A stretch of 64,000 bases of DNA from NCBI GenBank assembly GCA_021821045.1, contig JAKACW010000004.1, positions 33,835-97,834 of the forward strand, written 5' to 3'. The notes beneath the pieces are model-generated. The model ran no database searches. It saw nothing but the letters and a program-made list of their open reading frames with translations, and had not been told where the DNA came from. The stretch's first letter is position 1, and every line of letters begins with the position of its first letter. Shown here piece after piece: positions 1-13,818 of the stretch. The stretch is from Pseudomonadota bacterium (GTDB taxonomy: Bacteria; Pseudomonadota; Gammaproteobacteria; JAADHS01). The position numbers and the translations under genes were made by a program.

Positions 1-739
1 GTCGTTCGAGACGGCCATGATTCAACTGGGGGGGCACGCGATATTTTTGCTTCCCGCTGACATGCAACTGGGCCGAGGCGAGCCCTTGGAAGATACGGCG
101 CGGGTGTTGTCGCGATTCGTCGACGCCATCATGATCCGAACCTACAGTCATCACAAACTTGAAGTGTTTGCGACCTATTCCACCGTGCCCGTGATCAATG
201 GCCTGACCGACTTGGTTCACCCTTGTCAGCTGCTCGCCGATGTCCAAACCTTCGTCGAGCACCGGGGCAGCATAAGCGGTCGTACCGTGGCGTGGATCGG
301 TGACGGTAACAACATGTGCAACGCGTACATCGACGCCGCGCGCCAGTTTGGCTTTCACCTTAACATTGCGTGCCCGCAAGGGTACGATCCGGACCCGCAG
401 CGCCTCGCCGACAACAAAAACCGAACGACCCTGATGCGCGACCCGCGCGAAGCCGCCGCCGGCGCCGACCTGATCGTGACGGATGTGTGGGCAAGCATGG
501 GACAGGAGGATGAGCACCAAGCTCGGGCGAAGGCATTCGCCCCGTTCCAGGTAAATGCGTCCCTTATGGCATGCGCCAAGCCGGACGCGCTGTTCATGCA
601 CTGCCTGCCGGCCCACCGCGGGGAAGAAGTTGCGGCCGAAGTCATCGATGGACCACAGAGCGTCGTTTGGGACGAAGCGGAAAACCGGCTTCACTCGCAG
701 AAAGCACTATTGGAACTTCTACTTGCACCTCGCCCATGA
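1..739 (+). CDS. argF: Ornithine carbamoyltransferase, 5' truncated by window edge
   Basis: Motifs [46 protein letters not shown]; the frame is open back to the window start. Confidence 0.96.
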   Translation, partial: SFETAMIQLGGHAIFLLPADMQLGRGEPLEDTARVLSRFVDAIMIRTYSHHKLEVFATYSTVPVINGLTDLVHPCQLLADVQTFVEHRGSISGRTVAWIGDGNNMCNAYIDAARQFGFHLNIACPQGYDPDPQRLADNKNRTTLMRDPREAAAGADLIVTDVWASMGQEDEHQARAKAFAPFQVNASLMACAKPDALFMHCLPAHRGEEVAAEVIDGPQSVVWDEAENRLHSQKALLELLLAPRP

Positions 740-1788
740 CCGGCTTGCTCGCGGTAAACGACATTCAATGCCGCTACGGCGCTCAAGTCGTCGTCAACAA
801 CCTCAGCGTTCACATCAATAAAGGCACGTTCGCCTGCCTGCTCGGCCCCAGCGGTTGCGGCAAAACCACCGTCCTGCGCGCCATTGCCGGCTTCGAACCC
901 ATCACCGCCGGGGAAATTCTGCTGCGCGGCGTCACCGCCTCGCGACCCGGCTACACGTTGGCGCCGGAAAAGCGGCGTTTAGGAATGGTGTTTCAGGACT
1001 ACGCGCTTTTTCCCCACATGACCATCCTGAACAACATCGGCTTTGGGCTGCGCGCCATGACGCGCTCGGCGCAGCGGGAAACCTCCGAGCGACTGCTGGA
1101 GATCGTCGGCATGAGCGGCATGGGCAAGCGGTTTCCCCATGAACTCTCCGGCGGCCAGCAGCAGCGCGTTGCGTTGGCCCGAGCACTGGCCGCGCGTCCC
1201 GATCTCATCTTGATGGACGAGCCGTTTTCCAACTTGGATGTGGAGCTTCGCGAGCGTATCGGGCTGGAGGTTCGGCAGATTCTCAAGGATGCGGGCATCG
1301 CGGCGCTGCTGGTCACCCACGACCAACAAGAAGCCTTCGTGTTGTCCGATATGGTCGGGGTGATGCATCACGGCGGCATCGTTCAGTGGGACACGCCCTT
1401 CAACCTGTATCACGAGCCGGCAAATCGCTTCGTCGCGGACTTCATCGGCCAGGGATCCTTTCTCCCGGGCACCTTGGTCAGCCCCGACACGGTCGAAACG
1501 GAGATCGGGAAAATCAAGGGTGACCGCGCCTATCAGTGGGACGTGGGAACGGCGGTGGACATCCTGCTGCGCCCCGATGACCTAGTACCCAACCCGCAAA
1601 GCAACCTGCGAGCCCGGGTCGTCGCCCGCGCGTTTAAGGGCGCCTCTATTCTATATACCCTGCAGCTCGACACCGGCAGCCGCCTTCTTGGCCTGTTTCC
1701 CAGTCATTTCGATTACGGAATTGGGGAATTGGTGGGCATCGATGTGGCTGCGCAACACCTCATTTCGTTTCCGCGAAACGCCGCCTAG
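736..1788 (+). CDS. ABC transporter ATP-binding protein, FbpC/PotA-like with C-terminal TOBE-type region
   Basis: Walker [17 protein letters not shown] signature, ILMDEP, VTHD; ATG at 736 overlaps the argF stop (ATGA); the ORF-track start at 571 is over-extended. Confidence 0.9.
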   Translation: MTGLLAVNDIQCRYGAQVVVNNLSVHINKGTFACLLGPSGCGKTTVLRAIAGFEPITAGEILLRGVTASRPGYTLAPEKRRLGMVFQDYALFPHMTILNNIGFGLRAMTRSAQRETSERLLEIVGMSGMGKRFPHELSGGQQQRVALARALAARPDLILMDEPFSNLDVELRERIGLEVRQILKDAGIAALLVTHDQQEAFVLSDMVGVMHHGGIVQWDTPFNLYHEPANRFVADFIGQGSFLPGTLVSPDTVETEIGKIKGDRAYQWDVGTAVDILLRPDDLVPNPQSNLRARVVARAFKGASILYTLQLDTGSRLLGLFPSHFDYGIGELVGIDVAAQHLISFPRNAA

Positions 1789-1794
1789 CCCGGC

Positions 1795-1816
1795 AAATGT
1801 GATCGACATCACACTT
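1795..1816. promoter_or_regulatory. CRP/Vfr-family binding site
   Basis: AAATGTGATCGACATCACACTT: perfect TGTGA-N6-TCACA core, close to the CRP consensus AAATGTGATCTAGATCACATTT; intergenic. Confidence 0.75.
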
Positions 1817-1926
1817 TTTACGGGACGCAGATCTCAAAATCGGCCTGTCGCTTGGACAAGCTTGCGCGCCACGTCACATACTGTCGCGAACTCTTACAGA
1901 CGGCATTCCGTCAAGCGAGGTGCCTT

Positions 1927-2301
1927 GTGACACGCCAACAGACAACCAACATCAAACGCGCCAGCATTGGCGTCCTGGTTGCCGGGTGCCTGTTCGCGGG
2001 CTATCTGAGCAGCTCGCCGCTGGGCAACGTTGAGATTCGGCCAGACGATCCCAACACGCCGGCATTCACCATTATCGAACGCAACATGATCCTGGACACG
2101 GCGATCATCTCCGTGAAAACAACCTCTTTGCGCACCAACGACGTACGCCGCATCGCCCGCTACTTGACCGAAGAACACATCAAGGACAGCCGCGACGCCG
2201 CGTCGATTTATTTCTACAAACCCGACAGCGTCATGAACAAGGACGAGCCTGTTCACAAAATTGCCTGGAAACGTCAAAGCGGATACGAACTCGAATACTG
2301 A
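1927..2301 (+). CDS. Hypothetical protein with N-terminal hydrophobic (signal/TM) segment
   Basis: GTG at 1927 preceded by GAGG; hydrophobic ASIGVLVAGCLFAGYL; fills the gap to a terminator hairpin. Confidence 0.7.
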   Translation: MTRQQTTNIKRASIGVLVAGCLFAGYLSSSPLGNVEIRPDDPNTPAFTIIERNMILDTAIISVKTTSLRTNDVRRIARYLTEEHIKDSRDAASIYFYKPDSVMNKDEPVHKIAWKRQSGYELEY

Positions 2302-2334
2302 CACGAACGGCGGCGGCCGCCGAGCTCAAAATAA

Positions 2335-2359
2335 CAAAGCGGGCATTGCGCCCGCTTTG
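2335..2359 (-). terminator. Intrinsic terminator between convergent genes
   Basis: CAAAGCGGGC-ATTGC-GCCCGCTTTG stem, followed by TTATTTT on the minus strand. Confidence 0.7.
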
Positions 2360-2384
2360 CGTTACCTATCCCAAACCCAGTCGC

Positions 2385-3029
2385 TTACAGACTGGACAAG
2401 TAATTGGCCACTGCCTCCACTTCCTGGTCGGAAAGTTTCTTGGCAATGTCAGTCATCATATTCGCGGGATCGTTGGAACGACGGCCTTCCTTGAAATCCT
2501 TCAGCTGCTTAACGATGTAGTCTTTATGCTGACCGCCGATGACCGGAAACACGGACACATCGGGTGACTTGCCTTTGCCGTTCTGGCCGTGGCAGTTTAC
2601 GCAGCCATACACGCCGGTTTTCGGGTTGCCTTCCTGGAATATCTTTTTGCCTTGATCGACCAATTTCTTGTCCACCGGCGCAATGGGCTCCTTGGCCATT
2701 TTTTGACCTTGGAAGTAGGCGCCGATATCCTTGGCGTCTTGGACATCCGCGATCGTTGCGGCCATTCCGGCCATGGTGTCATTGTTGGCGCGGTGGCCCT
2801 TCTGGAAATCCAACACTTGCTTAACAATATATTGCTCATACTGACTGGCCAAGCGCGGGAACTCGGCCACCATGCTGTTGCCGTCGTCACCGTGGCAGCC
2901 GGCACACAACGCCGCTTTGTCCTTACCTGCCGCGGGATCACCCTTGGTGCCCGCCGCGAAACCGTTTGCGGCCCACACCGTGCTCCCTAAAACCGCAAAT
3001 ACAGTGATCAATGCTTTTTTAGTTTTCAT
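2385..3029 (-). CDS. Diheme cytochrome c4 / c553
   Basis: Signal peptide, two CxxCH motifs (CAGCH, CVNCH), PRLASQ/PVIGGQ..Y..KQ motifs, candidate axial Met residues. Confidence 0.92.
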   Translation of the reverse strand: MKTKKALITVFAVLGSTVWAANGFAAGTKGDPAAGKDKAALCAGCHGDDGNSMVAEFPRLASQYEQYIVKQVLDFQKGHRANNDTMAGMAATIADVQDAKDIGAYFQGQKMAKEPIAPVDKKLVDQGKKIFQEGNPKTGVYGCVNCHGQNGKGKSPDVSVFPVIGGQHKDYIVKQLKDFKEGRRSNDPANMMTDIAKKLSDQEVEAVANYLSSL

Positions 3030-3236
3030 GCAATCGTACCTTTGTGTAGACACCCCAAAAAAACAGCACCCAAATCCGGCGGAACTGAGCGATCCGCACC
3101 CTCAAAATGAAGCTCTTGTTTATAACAATCCTGCAAGAATACGTCAACGGAGAAGGGGTTAGAGAATGGCTGGCACGCTCGGTGCGGGGATTGCCCCAGC
3201 CGTTAATTTTGCGGAATAAACCGGTGGGTTTTGGCG

Positions 3237-4679
3237 CTAATATGCATTACGCCCCATGAAGCCCCGCAACATTGTCGCAATGATGATCTTTACGTCGAGC
3301 CACAGGGACCAATTGCGGATGTAAGCGAGGTCGTGCTCGACACGGGCGCGCATCTTATCGACCGTCTCCGTCTCGCCGCGCCAGCCGTTGATCTGGGCCC
3401 AGCCGGTGATGCCCGGCTTCACTTTGTGGCGCAGCATATAGCCGTTGATGAGTTTACGATATTGCTCGTTGTGGGCCACGGCATGGGGACGCGGTCCGAC
3501 AATGGACATTCGGCCCTGCAGCACGTTGATAAACTGCGGCAGTTCATCCAACGACGTTCGACGCAGAAACTTGCCCAATGGCGTGACGCGCGGGTCGTTT
3601 TCCGTCGCCTGCTTGATATCCGAACCGTCGTCGCACACGTTCATGGTGCGAAACTTCCACACCTCGATCGGCTGCCCCATCAAGCCATAGCGCTTTTGAC
3701 GAAACAGAACCGGCCCCGGCGAAGAAAACTTTATCAGCGCGGCAATGATCGCCATCGGCAGCGCGATGATCGCCAAGATGAACGACGCGATCACGATGTC
3801 CTCCATCCGCTTCACCCAACTGTCTACACCGTAAAACGGCGTTTCGTGAATACTGACCGCCGGCAGTTCGCCGATGTGGGTCCAGCTCGCATTCATTAAA
3901 TCGAACATAAAAAAATCGGGAATCATGTACACCGAAACGGTGGTATCCGAGAGCCGCGCCACCAATTGCTGAATACGCTTCTCCGCCCGCATGGGCAGCG
4001 TGATGTAAATCATATCCAAGGCGCCGTCGCGCGCCTGCGCCACCACGTCGTCGAGATTTCCCACCACCTTGACTGGTTTTGTGACCAAGGGACGCGAGCC
4101 GGCCGGCGCGCGATCGTCGTAGAACCCCACCACTTGAAATCCCATCCACGGCGCGTCGAGAAATATGCTTGCCAACCGGGCGCCCAAATCCCGCGCGCCG
4201 ACGATGGCGACCGTTTTGGTGTTGACGCCCCGTTGACGCAGCGCCCCCACCACCAGATGCAAGCCGGTGCGCCACACCGTCAAGACCACGGGGGTCACCA
4301 CGAACCAGGTGAGCATAGTGCGTCGGGAATACTCGGCGGAGGTTTTGGTGGCGTAGGCGAACAGCAACAGCGCGAGAATCACGCTGACCCACACCCACCA
4401 CAAGCGGATGCCTTCCTGCCACAGCGGGGCCCCACGCCACGAGCGGTAAAGATCGTGAAATTGGGCGAAGAAGATGAACAGGCCAACCCCGCTGACCATC
4501 ACGAGACTGTAGCGTTCATTGAAGGGTTGACCGTAGATCAGCGTGATCAGCCAGAAGGTGGCCCCGACAATCAGGGCATCGGCGAGACGCGTTAAGATCA
4601 CCAATTTGGAATGGCGCGTCTTGGTCATGCCGTCCACCAAACTGGTCAAACGGCCGTCTCTTCGGCTATGCACGTTCAT
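3237..4679 (-). CDS. wcaJ: Undecaprenyl-phosphate glucose phosphotransferase (WcaJ family)
   Basis: Four N-terminal TM segments, KFRTM, DPRVT, SLDELPQ, VGPRP, KPGITGWAQ; start uncertain (4679 or 4628). Confidence 0.9.
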   Translation of the reverse strand: MNVHSRRDGRLTSLVDGMTKTRHSKLVILTRLADALIVGATFWLITLIYGQPFNERYSLVMVSGVGLFIFFAQFHDLYRSWRGAPLWQEGIRLWWVWVSVILALLLFAYATKTSAEYSRRTMLTWFVVTPVVLTVWRTGLHLVVGALRQRGVNTKTVAIVGARDLGARLASIFLDAPWMGFQVVGFYDDRAPAGSRPLVTKPVKVVGNLDDVVAQARDGALDMIYITLPMRAEKRIQQLVARLSDTTVSVYMIPDFFMFDLMNASWTHIGELPAVSIHETPFYGVDSWVKRMEDIVIASFILAIIALPMAIIAALIKFSSPGPVLFRQKRYGLMGQPIEVWKFRTMNVCDDGSDIKQATENDPRVTPLGKFLRRTSLDELPQFINVLQGRMSIVGPRPHAVAHNEQYRKLINGYMLRHKVKPGITGWAQINGWRGETETVDKMRARVEHDLAYIRNWSLWLDVKIIIATMLRGFMGRNAY

Positions 4680-4858
4680 TCGGCGTTTACGTACGTCCTT
4701 GCCCGTTATGCCGCCAATGGGTTCGCTGGCACTGAACACATCGCGAACTGGGGATTTTGCCCGGTTGGCCTTCGCCTCGCAATACAAGCGCAAAAATCGC
4801 AATGAAAAAACGCGTCGTTATCCAGTGACAAGTGATCGCCGCCGGATATTTCTCCGCG

Positions 4859-5926
4859 CTAGGGGGTGTCCATCAACTCGCGCAGCACGCACGTAGCATA
4901 GGCGCCGCTGGCCAGCTCGAATTTGAACATAACGCTTTCGGGTCCCCGCCGCTCGCACTCAGGCGAACCGATACTCAATACCAGCGGCCGCCGCTCCTGT
5001 TCCAACCCCGCCGCGCTCATGGCAGCAAACCACGCTTCCGGCGCGCTGGCAAGAACCGCTTGCTCGAAGCGGGCCGCGGCATCGCGCACCGGCGTTTCGC
5101 CGCGTCCCCACAACGGGCCGCTGGGCGCGATGTCAAAGCGGGCGCAGCGCTCCGCGATTTCATCATCGCGGTCAGTGACGATGAAGAAACTGCGGCTGCC
5201 GCTGAGCATTGCCGCGTCACCGCTTATCATCTTGTTCCAGCATCCGGCCAGCACACGCGTCGCCAGCACACGGTTGAACAACACGGACCGAAGCGTGGAT
5301 AACCAAATGCCCCGCGTATGGGCGTCGGGTGGCATGATTGTGCCGCGCGCCCAAGCGTCGGCGTCCGCGATATTGTTGTGCCCAAAACGCTGCTCGCCGA
5401 AATAGTTGGGCACACCTTGGCGTGCAATGGTCGCCAGGCGCGTTTCAGCGGCGTCGCGCTCGCCTTCCACGTCGCGCGCCGTGATACAAAACCGGTTGGC
5501 CTTGATCGCCCCATGGCGAAGTTTCTTGTTGTGCCGCACCGCGCGCAGCACACGCCATTCCGTTCCTTCGAGCCCTTCGATGTCGGGCAATTCGCCGCGC
5601 GCGCCGCTGACGCTGAACCATTGCCTTGTCACCGCATGCCGATCCTTCATGCCGGCATAGGCCACATCACCGCGCCTTGTACCGAACGCGCGTCCAATCT
5701 CCCGGGCGACCCATTCGGTGTTGGCGCCGCGCTTTTCGACCCACAGAAAAAGGTGCTCGCCGGCCCCGCTGGGCTCGAACTTCAACACCTCTTCGACGAT
5801 GAAATCCTCGGGCAATTGACGCAGGACGCCGCGCAATGGCGGCGCGCCATGGGCGCGGGGTAGGTGGTCGACGTGATCCAATGCATACGCATCGTGCGCC
5901 TGCCGCGACGGCTCAAACGCACTCAT
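4859..5926 (-). CDS. truD: tRNA pseudouridine(13) synthase
   Basis: PEDFIVEE, YAGMKDRHAVTRQW, PNYFGEQRFG, GAYATCVLREL; follows ispF. Confidence 0.95.
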   Translation of the reverse strand: MSAFEPSRQAHDAYALDHVDHLPRAHGAPPLRGVLRQLPEDFIVEEVLKFEPSGAGEHLFLWVEKRGANTEWVAREIGRAFGTRRGDVAYAGMKDRHAVTRQWFSVSGARGELPDIEGLEGTEWRVLRAVRHNKKLRHGAIKANRFCITARDVEGERDAAETRLATIARQGVPNYFGEQRFGHNNIADADAWARGTIMPPDAHTRGIWLSTLRSVLFNRVLATRVLAGCWNKMISGDAAMLSGSRSFFIVTDRDDEIAERCARFDIAPSGPLWGRGETPVRDAAARFEQAVLASAPEAWFAAMSAAGLEQERRPLVLSIGSPECERRGPESVMFKFELASGAYATCVLRELMDTP

Positions 5927-6405
5927 GGCAGTGCTTCGATCAGACAAACGGCGAACGCGGCGATGCCTTCGCCGCGGCCCGTGAACCCCATTCGCTCGGT
6001 GGTGGTGGCTTTGATGTTGATCTGCCCCGACTCGATTGCCAGATCCTGCGCCAGCAGCGCTTGCATCTGCGCCGCGTACGGTTTGAGCTTCGGCGCCTGC
6101 GCGACCACGGTGAGATCGACATTGACCACGCGCCAGCCCGCGTTGGCGATCGCATCGCGCACCCGGCGCAACAGCACACGGCTGTCGATGTTTTTGTAGC
6201 TGGCGTCGTTATCCGGAAAATGACCGCCGATATCACCCAACGCCGCGGCGCCCAGCAGGGCATCGCACAAGGCGTGAATGACCACATCGCCGTCCGAGTG
6301 TGCCTCCAGTCCGCGATCAAACGGAACGGTGACACCGCCCAATATCAGCGGGCGCGGCGCGCCGAAACGGTGGGCGTCGATCCCCTGACCGATGCGAATG
6401 TTCAC
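5923..6405 (-). CDS. ispF: 2-C-methyl-D-erythritol 2,4-cyclodiphosphate synthase
   Basis: RIGQGIDAH, HSDGDV, DIG..FP, KATTTERMG. Confidence 0.97.
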   Translation of the reverse strand: MNIRIGQGIDAHRFGAPRPLILGGVTVPFDRGLEAHSDGDVVIHALCDALLGAAALGDIGGHFPDNDASYKNIDSRVLLRRVRDAIANAGWRVVNVDLTVVAQAPKLKPYAAQMQALLAQDLAIESGQINIKATTTERMGFTGRGEGIAAFAVCLIEALP

Positions 6406-7130
6406 GTTTCTCCCTCCTGGCGGCGCAGCACATCCGCGGCGATCTGGAGATCCGCCGGGTGCGTTACTTTCAAATTATCCTCGCTACCCGGCACTAGGCG
6501 TGGATTGAATCCGAGTAACTCCATGGCCTGCGCTTCGTCGGTCACCACCGTGTCGCTATCCAGAGCCTTGCTCAGCGCATCCACGAGCATGCCCAGCCGA
6601 AACATTTGCGGGGTCTGCGCCCGCCACATGTTTTGCCTGCTCACGGTTTGCGCTACCCGCTGGGCCTCGTCGCCGAGCTTGAGCGTATCCGCGACGGGCA
6701 CTGCCAGCAAACCGCCGACCTCATCGTTCCAAACCGTATCGATCAGCCGTTTGAGATCGGCCGCGGGCAGGCAAGGACGGGCAGCGTCGTGGACCAACAC
6801 CCAGTCGGAAGGGCGCGCGCCCTGCTCGAGCAGCTTGTGCAAGCCGTTGCGCACCGAATGGCAGCGCTCGAGGCCGCCCAGCGCGACCCACAAGGCGCAA
6901 CGCAACGACGGCAACGTCAGGCGCGGCCAATGTTCATCGCCGGCGGAGATCACCACAACGATGCCGCGCACCCGCTCATCCGCCGCCAAGCGCGCCATAC
7001 TTCTTGTGAGAATCGGTTCACCGCCAAGGGACAGGTATTGCTTCGGCCGGTCGCTCCCCATCCGCGCACCGGTGCCGGCGGCGGGGACGACGGCCCAGAC
7101 TTTAACGTCAGCGGAGTTGAGGGCGGCCAT
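6402..7130 (-). CDS. ispD: 2-C-methyl-D-erythritol 4-phosphate cytidylyltransferase
   Basis: PAAGTGARMG..PKQY, VHDAARP, AQTPQ, NLKVT. Confidence 0.97.
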   Translation of the reverse strand: MAALNSADVKVWAVVPAAGTGARMGSDRPKQYLSLGGEPILTRSMARLAADERVRGIVVVISAGDEHWPRLTLPSLRCALWVALGGLERCHSVRNGLHKLLEQGARPSDWVLVHDAARPCLPAADLKRLIDTVWNDEVGGLLAVPVADTLKLGDEAQRVAQTVSRQNMWRAQTPQMFRLGMLVDALSKALDSDTVVTDEAQAMELLGFNPRLVPGSEDNLKVTHPADLQIAADVLRRQEGET

Positions 7131-7142
7131 AGGAATGGAGGA

Positions 7143-7421
7143 TCAGCCGCCGCGCTCGATGATTTGAAAAAAACTTTCGCCGCGGCGAATCATGCCCAAC
7201 TCACTGCGGGCGCGTTCCTCGACGGCATCAAGACCATGCTTGAGATCGGCCACTTCGGCCGCCAGCGCCGCATTGCGCGCGGCAAGCGTGGTGTTCTCGG
7301 TTTGTTGGGCGGCGATCGCATCGCGCAGGCGTTGCACCTCGCGTAAGCTGCCCTCGCCGACCCACAACTTGAGTTGCAGCGCAAAAAAAACCGCGACCAG
7401 GACGACAAAAAACCACTTCAC
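7143..7421 (-). CDS. ftsB: Cell division protein FtsB
   Basis: TM helix, coiled coil, EERARSELGMI; conserved eno-ftsB-ispD order. Confidence 0.95.
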   Translation of the reverse strand: MKWFFVVLVAVFFALQLKLWVGEGSLREVQRLRDAIAAQQTENTTLAARNAALAAEVADLKHGLDAVEERARSELGMIRRGESFFQIIERGG

Positions 7422-7454
7422 CCGCGCAACCTGCTTTTTGCAGCCTCGATGGAT

Positions 7455-8741
<1,287 letters not shown>

Positions 8742-8800
8742 TTACTCCACAGTTCGAATACTTATATTGTTCTCGCTGTTCTAGAACACCTAGAAAGCGC

Positions 8801-11325
<2,525 letters not shown>

Positions 11326-11438
11326 CTATCAGAAGATCACCGCGCGCTCAACGCTGCGGCGCGTTTTCCCCGCACTACGTCACATAACGCAAGGGGATAA
11401 TTCGACGGCCGCGATCAGTGCGCCGCAACGCGCTGGGT

Positions 11439-12788
11439 TCAGCGGCGCCATTCCACCCACAGACCTTGCTCATCCTGCGCGGCGGCGTACTTCGCCGCGA
11501 CACACACACCGGGCACCGCCGCCAGACTGTCGCCCACGTAGACTAACGGCATGCGCTCACGCCACCATGGCGCCACGCCATGCTCCTGAAACAGCTTCTT
11601 CAAACTGTGCTTATGGCCGCGTCCGACTGGCACGATGTGTTCACCGCCGCGGCGAAAGCGCACGGTAACGTCGCTCCGTCCAGCCACCGCCCGCGACAAC
11701 CCGCGACCCGGACGTTTAACCACTCGCAAAAAACCCAGCCCCGGCGGCAAAGCAAACTTTCCGACCAACGGCCAACGTTCGCAGAACGCCTCAGGCGCGT
11801 CCGGCAACGACGTGAATACAAACAGCCGATCACGGTAACGACGAAACTGTCCCCCACGCCAGGCCAGGATCGGCGCGGCGTCCGGCCCCGCACGCAGCAG
11901 CTCCGGCTCCAGGCGCTCATAGATATCCGGACTCGGCGATCGAATCCCCGCCTTGCGCAACCAGCCTCGAATGGCGTTTTTGCGTCGGTTATGAGGCAGT
12001 TGCAGCAACTTATCAATGTGTAGTCCGGCTGACTTTGCGTCCACGAGGCGGCGCAAGTCTTGATGGGCAAGGGTATCGATGAGATCGGCGATTTCCGCGA
12101 ACCGCGCGGCACCTCGCGCCAGGATCGCGCCGGCCTCCGGCCAGCGGATTTCCAGCCGCGGCATGATGTCGTGGCGAACGAAGTTGCGGCCGAGCGTGGT
12201 ATCGAAATTACTCGGGTCCTCAACCCAATACAGATCATGGTGTTGTGCGTACTTCTTGATGTCGGATCGCGCAACGCTCAGCAGCGGACGCGCCAACCGG
12301 CCGGCACCGAACGTTGCCAGCAACGGCATGGCGGCCAGACCGTGCGCGCCGCCGCCGCGCAACAGTTGCAGCAGCACGGTCTCGGCTTGGTCGTCGCGAT
12401 GATGGGCCGTGAGAAGAATATGGGTCTCGACCACATGCCGGCGCAGGGCGGCGTAACGAGCGGACCGGGCCGCCGCTTCGAGTCCGACGCCGCTGCCGCG
12501 ATCCACTCTCACCGTTTCGACGATGCAATCGATGCCCAACTCGCGGCAGGTGCCGACGCAATGCTGGGCCCACGTCGCCGAATCCGGATGCAAACCATGA
12601 TCGACATGAATGGCCCGCACCTCGCTCCCGTTAAGGCGCGGCGCCAATGTGGCCATGGCATGCAACAGAACATTGGAATCGCAGCCGCCGCTGTAGGCGA
12701 CCCAATACACTGCGGGCGTCGGCAAACTGCTCAGGATCTCGTGCAAGTACTGCGGAGAAAATTCGCGATGTGCCGCGCCCGCCGCCAT
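11439..12788 (-). CDS. tilS: tRNA(Ile)-lysidine synthetase
   Basis: SGGCDS PP-loop, TAHHRDDQAET, RPLL, EDPSN, C-terminal LKKLFQE..V.PW.R. Confidence 0.96.
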   Translation of the reverse strand: MAAGAAHREFSPQYLHEILSSLPTPAVYWVAYSGGCDSNVLLHAMATLAPRLNGSEVRAIHVDHGLHPDSATWAQHCVGTCRELGIDCIVETVRVDRGSGVGLEAAARSARYAALRRHVVETHILLTAHHRDDQAETVLLQLLRGGGAHGLAAMPLLATFGAGRLARPLLSVARSDIKKYAQHHDLYWVEDPSNFDTTLGRNFVRHDIMPRLEIRWPEAGAILARGAARFAEIADLIDTLAHQDLRRLVDAKSAGLHIDKLLQLPHNRRKNAIRGWLRKAGIRSPSPDIYERLEPELLRAGPDAAPILAWRGGQFRRYRDRLFVFTSLPDAPEAFCERWPLVGKFALPPGLGFLRVVKRPGRGLSRAVAGRSDVTVRFRRGGEHIVPVGRGHKHSLKKLFQEHGVAPWWRERMPLVYVGDSLAAVPGVCVAAKYAAAQDEQGLWVEWRR

Positions 12789-12790
12789 CG

Positions 12791-13756
12791 CTATTTGGCG
12801 CGGCTAGTGAACTGCCCGAAAGCCATGATTTTTTCTTGCCGCTGGCGCAGCAACTCCGGAGTCGATAGGCCGCGCAATTCATCGAGCGCCGCGCATAAGG
12901 CTTGGCGCAGATTGCCGGCCATGGCATCCGGGTCGCGGTGAGCGCCGCCCAACGGTTCGTCTATCACCTTGTCCACCAAGCCCAGCTCAAACAACCGCTT
13001 CGAGGTGATACCCAGCGCTTCCGCGGCGTCTTTAGCCTTTTCCGCGCTCTTCCACAAAATGGACGCACAGCCCTCGGGCGAGATTACCGAATAAGTGCTG
13101 TAAGAGAGCATCATGACCCGGTCGCCTACCCCAATGGCAAGCGCCCCGCCCGAACCCCCTTCGCCGATGACCGTGCAAATAATCGGGGTGCGCAACTGCG
13201 ACATCACCGCCAGGTTGCGCGCGATCGCTTCGCTCTGCCCGCGCTCCTCGGCGCCAATGCCCGGGTACGCCCCGGGCGTATCGATGAGCGTGATAAGCGG
13301 CAGTTGAAACCGCTCGGCCATCTCCATCAAGCGCCGCGCCTTGCGGTAGCCTTCGGGCCGCGGCATGCCGAAATTGCGGCGAATCTTTTCTTTGGTGTCG
13401 CGACCTTTTTGCTGGCCGATGACCACCACCGGCTGACCGTCGAGCCGCGCCAGGCCGCCCACGATCGCGGGATCGTCACTGTAGACCCGATCGCCGTGCA
13501 GCTCATCGAATTCGGTGAAACAGCGCTCGAGGTAGTCGAGACTGTAGGGCCGCAGCGGATGACGCGCCATTTGCGCGATCTGCCACGCATTGAGCGAGGA
13601 AAAAATCGACTCCGTGAGCGAACGACTTTTGCCTTCGAGGCGGGCGATCTCCTCGGAGATGTTGATCTCGGCGTCCGAGCCAACGTGCCGCAGCTCCTCG
13701 ATTTTTTCTTCCAACTCAGCGATAGGCTGTTCAAAATCAAGATAATTCAATTTCAT
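12791..13756 (-). CDS. accA: Acetyl-CoA carboxylase carboxyltransferase alpha subunit
   Basis: [25 protein letters not shown]. Confidence 0.98.
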   Translation of the reverse strand: MKLNYLDFEQPIAELEEKIEELRHVGSDAEINISEEIARLEGKSRSLTESIFSSLNAWQIAQMARHPLRPYSLDYLERCFTEFDELHGDRVYSDDPAIVGGLARLDGQPVVVIGQQKGRDTKEKIRRNFGMPRPEGYRKARRLMEMAERFQLPLITLIDTPGAYPGIGAEERGQSEAIARNLAVMSQLRTPIICTVIGEGGSGGALAIGVGDRVMMLSYSTYSVISPEGCASILWKSAEKAKDAAEALGITSKRLFELGLVDKVIDEPLGGAHRDPDAMAGNLRQALCAALDELRGLSTPELLRQRQEKIMAFGQFTSRAK

Positions 13757-13818
13757 TCCGGCGACGCCATGCAAGCTAGGGGGGCTTTCTGAGACGGCAT
13801 AGTTTAGCGACAAGCCGC

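Noticed and set aside
8777-8788. Palindrome TGTTCTAGAACA between kdsA and eno
   Set aside because: Single short palindrome inside an operon gap with no supporting context
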